NCBI GenBank assembly: GCA_905178155.1
Contig: CAJINV010000011.1
Location: 2,011,939-2,075,938, forward strand
From: Amoebophrya sp. A120
Lineage: Eukaryota; Protista; Dinoflagellata
Length of the DNA stretch: 64,000 nt
Reading direction: 5' to 3'
The notes below the pieces were generated by a model. It made no database searches. It saw only the letters and a program-made list of their open reading frames with translations, and was not told where the DNA came from. Of the stretch, positions 12,301 through 22,726 are shown one piece after another (the first letter of the stretch is position 1; each line of letters starts with the position of its first letter). The translations under genes were made by a program, and so were the position numbers.

Positions 12301-15300
12301 CGCTGCATCAACTCCGTCTCCGTGAAAAGCTGCTTACTATCGGGCGACACGTGTATCCTGGAATAGTGCTTTTCCTTCGTGGCGAGCGCCGCCAGCTCCT
12401 TGTATTCTATCCCGTGTAAAAACGTCCCCACCCCAGAGTGGTCATGATGCAGATTCGCGATCACAGGAAGATTTGTAATGCGCATCTCTATGAGAGGCAT
12501 TTCCAATCGTGTTTTGGAATGTGTAGCGCTGTAAACAGGATGAGCAGATAGATTTGTGATGCGGTTGTCCTTGCTCACAAGCACTACACTACGGACTGCA
12601 ACTTGTCATGCGTGGCTCCCAAAGCTTCTGGATTTGTGTTGCTAAGTTCCCAACTTGACTACGGGGTGGGGACATTTTTACATATGATATATTCCTGGGC
12701 CCGCTTTCGCATCAATCGGATTTCGTCCAGTTTTTGCGCGTCGGTGTTCGCCGTCCCGACGGAAAACACGGAGGAAAGGCGGTTCTCGATCCCCGTGGGG
12801 CTCTGGTCCTTATCAAATGCAAATATGTCCGGGTCTGGAACATTCCGAGACTTATAATGCTCTGCTAACAGGAGAGAAAGATCTGTCATGCATGTTGCGT
12901 TACCGCGCTACCTCTTTGCAATGCAAAAACGCTCTTTCTCATGCAGTTTACGCAATACCTAGTCGAAGCAGCAACTTGTCATGCGCGTCCCCGTATTGGA
13001 GGTTGCTCATGATCCACTAACTAGCATCACAAGTTTCCAGACATCCAGACATATTTGCAATTCGTAGTCCTCCCCCTCCAGCGACTTCTTTTTTTTCACG
13101 TCCGTGATCACCCGCTTCGCCATATGCTGAGCAAAAACATCCCCACCCCAGAGTCAAGAAGGGGATTTTGCAACAGAAACCTAGAAGTTTTGGGAGGACT
13201 CACACATCACAAATTGCGGCCCGTATTGTAGTGTAGGTTAGCAGGGACAAACGCATCACAAGTCCATCTACTTCACCTGGTTACAGCATTACAAATGCCA
13301 GAACACGACTAGAAATGCCTCTCATGCTCCTAGGGATCCGCATTACAAATGCTCCTGTCATTGCGAATCTGCATGACAACTCTGGAGGGGGGACGTTTTT
13401 CCAAATGATAAGCCACGTGCTTCATGATTTTCGCGCCAAAAGCGGTCTCGGTCTTCTCCACTGAATCCATGTGCATCGCCAAGGCGTCCTTCAGCGTGGG
13501 CTTCACGTGCGGCAGCCCCGGGAGCTCAATCTGCTCCAGATTCAACGTGCGCAAAATCGAAAACAAGCGGTCCATATCAAGTGCAAAAGTGTCTGGGTCT
13601 TGAAGCTTGGAACTTGTGATGCTAACGCTGGACTCTAAAAAAATCTGTATTGCATGACCAGCAAGAGGAGCCCAGTTTGTGCTACGTGAGGAGGGTATTT
13701 GCCATGCGGGATAGGCATCAGGAAGGCCTCTAAAAATATGCGATGCTAGATATTGCATTACAGAAAGCCTAAGTCATGCAAAATATGCATGACAAACCTG
13801 GCAACCTGCCAGACCCAGACATTTTTGCAATTGATAGTCCATCAGGGTCTCGTACCGGTAGCGACACCGGATGTCCGGGATGTTGGTCACGTCGGGGTTG
13901 TATGCATTGCAAATATGTCTGCGAGGTCTGGAAACTTGTGATGCTGGGTGGCGTATTGTGAGGAGGCCAGAAGTGCTGGCTCGGCATGACAAGTTGAAGT
14001 CTCTGAGCTCCTGCGTGTTGCCTATTCTGCATGACAAACTGCGTTTCTGCATGACAGAAAAATGGAGCTGCTCTTGGGTAACGTGCATGAGAGATTTAAG
14101 AGTCATGCCAGACAAGCATGACAAACATGCATTCTTCCAGACCCAGACATATTTGCACTTGATAGGTTATTCGACCGGGGAAACGGGAACAAGTTCCACA
14201 GGCTGGTACCCAGCTGCTTCGCTTTGGTCGCGTCCGAAAACCCACCCTGGAGGCAGCTGTTCCGCGCGATCTCGCACAGGTCGATGTTGCTGTACTTGTA
14301 CAGCTGTTTTGCGACCTGGTACTCTTCCAGAAGAGGTTCTTCCGTCTTGTGGAACTGCATGGGGTCGTCCGTGGACTATCCTGAGTAAAAACGTCCCCAC
14401 ACCAGAGTCAGGATGGGGATTTTGCAACACAAACCTAGGAGCTTTGGGAGTCACGCATGACAAGTTGCACTCCGCGGTGTAGTGCAGGTTAGCAAGTGCA
14501 GCCGCATCACAGATTGATCTGCTCATCCTGTTCACAGCGTCACAAATTCCAATACACGATTGGAAATGGCTCTGATGGGGATGCGCATTACAAGTCTTCC
14601 TGTCTTTGCAAATCTGCATTACAACTCTGGCGTGGGGACGTTTTTACTCAGGATATGGACAGGGAGACGTTCAGGCCCATGGAAAACAGCATATGGATGT
14701 GTCAGGATCGAAATCGACAAAGTTGAAATGATTTGCCATGCATAAAATGCAGCCCACAAAGTGCCTGTGTTGCAGAGTAGGCACAGGAGGCAGATTGTGA
14801 GCCTTTTGAGGGGTAGAAACTGAGCTGCTAAAGTAGCATGACAAAGAGCGTCTTCCTTACCCAAACAGCATCACAAGGTGGATTTCGGCTCTACCCAAAT
14901 TTGTCATGCGCCACTTGGAAACTGGGACTGGGTTACTTACACCTGGAATCCATTTTATGCATCACAAATCATAATTTCAACCTTGTCGATTTCGATCCTG
15001 ACACATCCATACAGCAGGTCAAAGGGGTTGTCCTTGTACGGAACGAAGAGCGCGTTGTTCGACAGCGGGCTCACCGCGCACCCGACCTGGCAGAGGTAGT
15101 ACAGGTAGCACAGGACCGTATCCACTGCAAATATCCCTGGATGTTGTCCCGAAGAATGCAAGTTTGTCTTGCGTGGCTACCATGACACACTTCAGTCTGT
15201 CATGCACGTTACCCAAAAGCCACGGCTTTCCGTCATACAAAAACGCAGTTTGTCATGCTGGATAGACAATCCCTGGCATTATAGCTCAGAAATTTGTCAT

Positions 15301-18300
15301 GCTGAGCCGTCATCTGTATCGTCCGAATCAGATTCGCCAGTCAGCATCACAACTTTATTCCCGACGTCCAGGGTGGATATTTGCAGTTGATAGACCGGCG
15401 TGTTGGACAATTGAATCCCGTGGTTGACGCTGTCCGCGGTCAAAAACGCGGTATGCATTGCAAACATGTCTGAGTCTGGATTTGTGATGCAGGACTTCAA
15501 GGACAACAAGATCTGTATATGCATGAATACCATTGGCCAGATTTATTTTGTCGTGCTGGATGGCAGGCAGTTTGTAATGCTAAACACGAATGAATCCGCA
15601 AGGAGCCGAGGGAAATTTCTCATGCCGTTATGCCGTACAAGCAGCAAGTTTGCAATGCAAGTATCAGCAACACAAGTTTCCAGACCCAGACATTTTTGCA
15701 TTTGATACGCGGTGTTTAAATGCAACGGCGACCCGGACTCCCCGCAGTGCGGGCGGAACTTGAAGGTGTTCAGCCCCAGCTTCGAGCGGAGGGTGTTCAA
15801 CACGTACAGGTTTGCGTGCATGTAGTAACACCAGTAGGCGTAGGGCGGGTTGTCGCTGTCCGTCGTTTTCTCCTTCGGCACGTCCTTCCCAAATTTCGGC
15901 GGTGGGGGGCAGTATCACAAGAAAAAAGTGCTACATTGTGTTGCAACCCCAGCATGACAGACCACCTCTGTCATGCCAGACATGCTTGATGTTCCGAGCT
16001 TCATGTAACACTTTTTTCCTGTGATAGGCAGGTGTCCATGTTTATCCAAGAAAAAAACAGTGTTAGTGTAACTTTCTTTGATTGCCAGCATCACAAATTT
16101 GCTCTACATGACAGAGAACATCTGTCATGCGTGGCTTGTAAGGGAAAACACATGTGAAAAGAGGACTTCATGGCTGTCTGGCATGACAGGTGTAACTCTG
16201 TTGCATATTCTGCATTACAGAGTTACAGTTTTTTTCTTGCATAAGGTTTATCTCCAACTTCGACTCGTCGTCCACGGAGTCGAACCCAGAAGTGTGGGTC
16301 CTATCCTGTGCAAAAGTATCGCACTCGGATTGCAGTCATGCATTACAAATCTTTTTCTTAGGGTAAATCAGCATGGCAAATTTTATTTCTCATGCTGAGG
16401 AAATCTGTAATGCAATTAGTATACGAGTACGACCCTTTTGCACTAGACATAGGTCAAAAATTCCGCCAACTTCGGGTTCGCCGCCGGGTTGATCGTCACT
16501 TCGAAAAGCGGCTGAAACACGTTGTCCAGTAAATCTTGAAAGGTTTCCACGAACCCCAATTTCTTGAACACGTTAAAAACCCGCGGACACTGGATCATCC
16601 AACGATTGTTTATCCAGGAAAAAAACTGTGTAAGTGTAAGTTTCTTGGAGGAATCGCATCACAAGTTTGCTCTGCATGACACAGAAAACCTGTCATGCGT
16701 AGTACCTAGTACGTGAAAACTACACGCACGAAAATTGCCTCTGAGTGATGCATGTCCAGCATGACAAGTGTAACAGTTTTGCGTTTTCTGCAACACAAAG
16801 TTACACTTACACAGTTTTGTTCTTGGATATTGTTCTTGGAAAACAGCTGGTTGTCCACCACCCAGTTCGCCAAATCCGTCCACTCCTTCTTATGAAACTG
16901 TCAGGATCGAAATCGACAAAGTTGAAATACCTTGTAATGCATAAAATGGATGAAAGTTGTAACCCAGTTTCCAAGTGGCGCATGACAAATTTGGCTAGAA
17001 CCGATGAAATCCAGTTAGTCATGCTGTTTGGGTAAGGAAGACGCCTTTTGTCATGCTACTTTAGCAGCTCTACTTCTTCTACCCTCAACAGGCTCACAGT
17101 CTGCCTGTCTTGCGTACTCTGCAAGACAGACATTTTGTGGGTTGCATTTTATGCATCACAAACTACTTATTTCAACTTTAGCGATTTTGAATCTGACACT
17201 CCCATACTTCTTGTTGGTGCCGTAGATCGACACCCGGTACTCCGTAAAGATCGCCGTGTGCTCGTCGCGGTCCAGGATCTCTTTCGTCAGTTCCGCAAAA
17301 TACTTGCCGTTCAGGTGGTTGGAGGATTTCAAAAACACGGTGCGCAGATTATGACTTGCTCAAACGTTACAATCTCAAACGTTAAAATAGAATCTGGAAT
17401 TTGTGTTGCACGATGAGCATGACAGACTCGCACAGCGTTCCACCTTTTGCAATACAAATTTAGCCAGATTGTAGTGGGGTTTGGGGCTCCGGAACTTGTC
17501 ATGCGCAATCCTATGAGAGTTGGCTAGATGATGCACTCTTGCATCACAGATTTCCATATTCTAGTGCAACGTTTGAGATTGTAACACCTGAGCGGGTTAT
17601 ACAGATCACTGTTGCCGAAGGGGTTGTACTTCGCGTTGAAGTGGTCAAACCGGTCGAACAGATTTTCCTCTGCCTGTATCCTGAGTAAAAACGTCCCAAC
17701 CCCATAGTTATCGTGCGGATTTGCGATTAAGTACAGGAAGATTTGTAATGCACATCTCCATGAGAGGGAAAGGTATTTCCAATCGTGTTTTGGGGTTTGC
17801 AATGCTGTAAACGGGATGAGCAGATGAATTTGTGATGCGGCTGCACTTGCTAAACTGCACTTCTACACTACGGACTGGAATTTGTCATGCGTTGCTCCCT
17901 GAGCTTCTGGGTTTGTGTTGCTAAGTTCCCATCTTGACTATAGGGTGGGGACGTTTTTACAGAGGATAGCCTGCACGTCCAGACTATCCACGGTCATGGC
18001 GTCGGCGGAGTGGATCCCGGACTTCGCGAACACTTGTTTCAGCGTCAGCCCTATGCATTGCAGAAATGTCTGGGTCTGGAAAAGTGGAACTTGTGTTGCA
18101 TGTCGTGCATTCCTGAAAAATCTGTGTTGCACAGCCAGCAAGAAAGTCGCTACTTTTTCGTCCTGCAAAAACGTAGGTTGTCATGCGCGCTACGCACCAG
18201 CCGGCGTCAAGTATACTTGTCATGCTTGGCTGCACTTGAGAGCGCCAGTTTTATATAAACTTTAGCATCACAAACTTCCAGACCCAGACATATTTGCATT

Positions 18301-19230
18301 TGATAAGCCCCTCCTTCGTTTTCCGGTCAACCAACACGATCTCGTCGCCGTGTATCAAAAGGAAAAAGCCCCCCTCCCCATACCGAAAAGGTATACTTTC
18401 GGAAATTTGTGATGCTGATTTGTGGCCACAAATCGCGTCTGTCTTGCAAGAAGGCAAACTCAGAAGGCCCCCCGCATTATACCGGTGGTTTGTGATGCTG
18501 TTGGGCCTACAGCATGGACTTTTGTCATGCTGAGCGCCTAGGCCAAAACCTCCCCCACTCAGGCTTGATGTGGGCCTGCAGTCCTCTACTGCAAGACAGA
18601 GCGGATTGTGGCCACAAATCTGCATCACAGATTTCCGTTTTGATATGGGGAGGGAGCATTTTTCCTTTTGATACCGTGCTCCCGGTACTTCCGTTGAATG
18701 AAGTCCAGCAGGTGGTTGGCCGTCATGGCCGCGGCCAGGTGCACGTGGGTATCCACTTTCGCGAGGCGGTAGAAATCCCCCTTCGACTGTTGCACCTGCC
18801 GCTGCTCGCGTGACTGACTGTTCAGCAGTTTGTGGATGGAAAAGCTCCGGGCGAGCAGCCCGAGCTCCCTCCTGCAGAAGCTCTTCACGGTGCCGGACGT
18901 CGAAATATTCCGGAGTTTGGCTTCGTCCTGGCAGAACTCGTGAAACAGCGCCGGCGGCAGGATTTTTCCCGTGCTGTTTTCGGCGGTGCTGTCGGCCACA
19001 AGTTCCTGGACCGTGAAAACCCCATTCTCGCACTCGTAGGAAAAGGCATCCGCGGCCGGCTTTTCGAGGTGTTGTCCCCCGCTCGCTGCGGTTGATGCGA
19101 CCACCTGGTTCGGAGGGATGTAAAGGTACTTGGAGCGGAGCTTAATCGCATACACCACGTCCGCACAGGCTTCGGCCGCGCCCGGTGCATTTTCCTCCCC
19201 GGTGACCACGCACCGCACGTACTCAGACAT
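6395..19230 (-). CDS. AMP deaminase with two tandem AMPD domains (N-terminal intact, C-terminal degenerate); 31 TIR-element introns
   Basis: Domain 1 has [37 protein letters not shown] and SLSTDDP. The frame continues without a stop through the linker (about 12400-13570). Domain 2 has [28 protein letters not shown] and SLSTDMP. Confidence 0.88.
9075..9224. mobile_element. Introner TIR element, family F (short; GCAAAAGTATCGTACT)
   Basis: 150 bp, direct repeat GGCAG. Relatives: 646-761, 16302-16451, 34650-34807, 34889-35007, 60255-60399, and a copy near 42233. Confidence 0.9.
10588..10784 (-). mobile_element. retroposed insertion (poly(A)-tailed, 17-bp TSD) nested in a family C introner
   Basis: GAGCTGTCGCGCAATTC is duplicated at 10571-10587 and 10785-10801. 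A T11 run abuts the left copy. Confidence 0.8.
11293..11401. mobile_element. short (109 bp) introner element, stop-free and frame-preserving
   Basis: TATCCACAG.AAAAAAC / GTTTTTT.CTGTGGATA, direct repeat AATCG. 109+5=114 nt, and the ORF track reads straight through it. Confidence 0.88.
14377..14655. mobile_element. Introner TIR element, family C (TATCCTGAGTAAAAACGTCCCCAC)
   Basis: Perfect 24-bp TIR, direct repeat TGGAC. Relatives: 10543-11044, 12408-12689, 13123-13410, 17677-17968, 45539-45997, and copies near 27656, 41525 and 43332. Confidence 0.93.
14692..15011. mobile_element. Introner TIR element, family D (TATGGATGTGTCAGGATCGAAATCGACAA)
   Basis: Long perfect TIR, direct repeat CAGCA. 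Relatives: 16891-17206, 35519-35831, 55611-55919, and an eroded copy ending at 48993. Confidence 0.93.
16611..16829. mobile_element. Introner TIR element, family E (TATCCARGAAAAAAACTGTGTAAGTGTAA)
   Basis: TIR with direct repeat TTGTT. Relatives: 6621-6848, 7330-7546, 16043-16243, 26842-27053, and a short copy at 15913-16026. Confidence 0.9.
17350..17601. mobile_element. Introner TIR element, family G (GCTCAGGTGTTACAATCTCAAACG)
   Basis: TIR with direct repeat CAGAT. Relatives: 41904-42170, 42983-43226. Confidence 0.9.
18353..18673. mobile_element. Introner TIR element, family B (CCCCTCCCCATA subterminal)
   Basis: TATCAAAAGGAAAAA..CCCTCCCCATA inverted at both ends, direct repeat CCGTG. Relatives: 4528-4848, 6899-7239, 7611-7922, 8078-8422, 23628-23943, 41156-41469. 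Confidence 0.92.
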
Positions 19231-20023
19231 TCTTTCCAATTCTGAAAATGATCCTAGAATGTTGTACTAAATGTTGTAAAATCCAAGGATATCAAGCGGT
19301 GACAGTTGCTGTCAGTAGTTTTAGGGCTGCAGTACGCCCGAGGAGAGCAAAAATATATGAACACTCGCTCAAAAAGAGGATGAATATTCTTTCAGTCATT
19401 TCTTCTGGTAAAAACCGTCGCATCACGGAACGACAAAAGCAAAATAAGAGGAAGAAAGGACGCAAAGAAATTTGAAGAAGAAAACGCAGCAGCACAAAAG
19501 ATATGATTTATGGACCACCTCGTGCTGCGTCAATACCGTGTAAAAAGTAGTACTTTCTTAGTACCTTTCAGAAGTTCTTTCAAGTACTATGAATGAAAGC
19601 CAAAAGAAACGCATGCAGAAGACGACCGTGAAGAACTTCTTCAACATCCCTCAAGCCACACAGAATTATCAGAAGGCCAACATCTACCCATCGCTTTATT
19701 TTCAGTGTCTGTCTTTGTCTCTCACCTGCGCAAGGAAAATCTACTTGTTTGCCTGGTGCTCCACTACTTGAAAACTCTTTACCATGTAGTTCACACCTCT
19801 CGTCCCACCACTTCCTCTGAACTGTCGCTTGTTCGGGGGAACAACGAGAAGCAAATTTCGGGATCATCCGCCTCCACGTGCCGAAGTGAAAATAAACAAC
19901 TCGGCGCAGAAGTAAAGCTTGGCAAACGAAACTCAAGTCCACGCCACCGTGTTATTTTCCCAGCATTACAGATTACTTTTAAAAGGGAAGATGAATGTAG
20001 TGTGTCGTGTCCTGTTTGAAAGA

Positions 20024-20861
20024 AAGCCGCAGCTTCACTTTTTTTCGCGGACGAGATTAGAAAGGGTTTGTGAAGAGGACACGCTGTTCGCGCCTCTTCA
20101 TTGCGAGAGGGGGACATGGAGGAGTGTTTAGGAGGGTGCTGAGTAGCGACAAGAGCCGCAATGCCAAATATGCTGAGTAGCGATGAGCTACTCCCTTTGA
20201 CGTCCAAACTCGGAGGAGATGATAGCGCCACCCAGCAAACCGCGTCGCCTCGACATCCTCGGCCCGGTTTGACTGTTTCTGCCGCGCAAGCTAACTACAG
20301 GCGACGAGAAATCCGCATCTGTAAGAAAGCCCCAGCTTCACTATTTTTCGCGGACGAGATTAGAAAGTAGGGTTACTGTTCCACTTCCATATCGTCATTT
20401 CGTTGCGTTCCTTCCGCACGTGGATATTCTGACGAACCCGAATGGCCCATTGGGCTGAGCCGTTGGGGCTGGGTGTCGCGCCCCTGGCACCCATGACCAG
20501 GGGCCCCACCACCACCATGCCGACTTGGCAAGACCTCTCAGAACCCCACGCAACAGTGGTTGAATGAGAGGGGCACCCAACCCCACCCCCATCTGCCAAA
20601 GGGCAAAAAACGAAAAACAGAAAAGCCACTGCCCACCAGGAGACGTCCTAACACTTTCACGACGGAAGACGCCCTCACACTTTCAAGGCGGAAGACACCG
20701 GACCAGAACACACAGTCAGTCGAAATAGCGAAAAAGCGGCAAAGCCGGCCGCGTCCCAGGGGATCTGAAAGCAGAGAGCCTGCGGCCTGCTGCAGAGAGC
20801 CAGCCGCAGCTTCACTTTTTTTCGCGGACGAGATTAGAAAGGGTTACTGTTCCATATCGTC
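20024..20861. repeat. three dispersed copies of a ~45-60 bp intergenic motif
   Basis: CAGCTTCACT(T)nCGCGGACGAGATTAGAAAG(GGTT) occurs at about 20024, 20327 and 20801. Confidence 0.85.
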
Positions 20862-22726
20862 AGTTATAAATCCATATCGTGATTCAAGAAGTCACCTTGT
20901 CGCCGCTCTTCTCGTCACATTGTCGCCGCTCTTCTTGAATCATCCAGAAGTAGAGCAAATCCAGAAGTAGTGGAATAGCTTTTCCTCTTTCGCAGTAGAT
21001 TTATCATTTTGGAGCTCTACCTCTACTTCTTCGTGTGTGATCAGTCCTTCTTGTCGTGAAGATGATTAGAAAGACATCACTGTCATTCAGATTAGGATCT
21101 GAATCTTCTGCCGGAAAATGGTACAACAGTCCACCTAGAAGCCGTCCAAAAATCGTTGGTAGTTGTCGTTTTAAAGGTATAATCGTGGAGGTGGAGGTCG
21201 AAGATATCGTGGGGGTTCTAAAGGTATAATCTTTTTGCTTTTGGGGGAGTTTTGTATAAGGCGCTCTACTAGAAGCAACAGGTAGCTACTATAGTCCTCT
21301 AGCTCTACTGTGAAATGATACAACTTCGGGTGCCACCACAGTTGCTTGTCCGCTTCTTCAAAAAAAAAGGTTCCTTGGTGGCACTCCCGTGGTTAAAAAA
21401 CAACACTATAAAAATAGCAGCTTCATCAAATCATTCCTGTCATCCGCGCTCGCGCAGAAGTTTGTAGGTTGCAGTTGCTACTGGTACTTACAACTATAGC
21501 GGTTATTTTCATCGGGCAGCTGAGGGCCATTGCACGCGGACGCTCACGCTTCGAGTTCGATCGAAAGCGAAACTATAGATTGCATAACTTATTGTTCGAA
21601 AAATTTAAACTTTGTCGTCGTTCGCTGGTATTAGTTTGTCATGGGCGACAACCTTGAATGGGATATTTGTGCTGTCGAAGACTTGAAAACCGTTCTATTC
21701 GTTTTCGGGTATAATTCCGTTCAGGATAGAATTTCTTTACACTGCTGGAAAAAAATCGCGGATTCCTTCGCGAGACAAGGATGTTGCCTTTGATATTCGG
21801 CAGCTCCGAATCCACCGGATAATTCTATACAGAAGCAAAACTGCAAGGTGTAGTTGCGCTTCCGTGGTCCGCTGTCGTTAATACACTAGAGCTAGACAGC
21901 AAAAGTTGTTCTTGTCCTGAAGACGGAAATAAATAAGCCCAAATTTGCAAACAAGCTACTCAGTTTAGAAGTAGTAGTGCCCCCGAATTATTGCGTACTT
22001 GAAGCTAACATAAGCAGCGGTGCCCAACTTTGAGCTATAATTTCCGTCTTGCGCCAAGCTAAACAGCAAAGAAACTTTTTGTTGAAGAATGAATATGAGC
22101 AAGCGCGACTCTCGACTTGTTCCAACACAGCTGTACAGAAACAACTGTTTTGGAGGTCTGCTGCGCATTGGTTTTCGCTTACTAGCTTTATAAGGCTCGT
22201 CGAAAAGAAGATTTGATACTGCTGATCAGGGCTGCTGCTGCGTCTCGCCAAGGACCTAGAAATAATGAATTCTAGAGCAGAAAAAAAGCAGGTCCGCTTG
22301 CAGGAGCCCTTCATTCATCATAGCGGGAAGATTATTTTTCCAGATGTAGGAAACAAGGATCTCAACATCGATCTGGGACGGCCGGGGAAAATGGGGAACA
22401 TTTCAGTGCTGGGAATGTCGTTTTCGGTTAGAAATAGCACAATACTGTCGTTTGAACTACGCTAACGTAGTACTTCTACTGAGATGACGAAAGTAGTGGA
22501 CTGAATCTAATCAACAGATCCACACCTTAGTACGACGTGTACGGCCTACTGGCTGGTCCTGCTGTTTTATTTTCAGTGTGGAAATAAATACTAATAGCAC
22601 TGACCCTGACGTGACAGAAGATCTGTGCGGAAAATTCATTCCAACACTATGTTCCACTTTACCACTAATTGAAATTGAAATACGCTCCTTAATATAAGAA
22701 GCAGAGTAGATGAGCCACACGCGCGT

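Noticed and set aside
6395-19230. Two separate AMPD genes, or a transposon-riddled pseudogene
   Set aside because: The frame stays open through all 31 junctions and the linker, with no stop and no intergenic-like gap.
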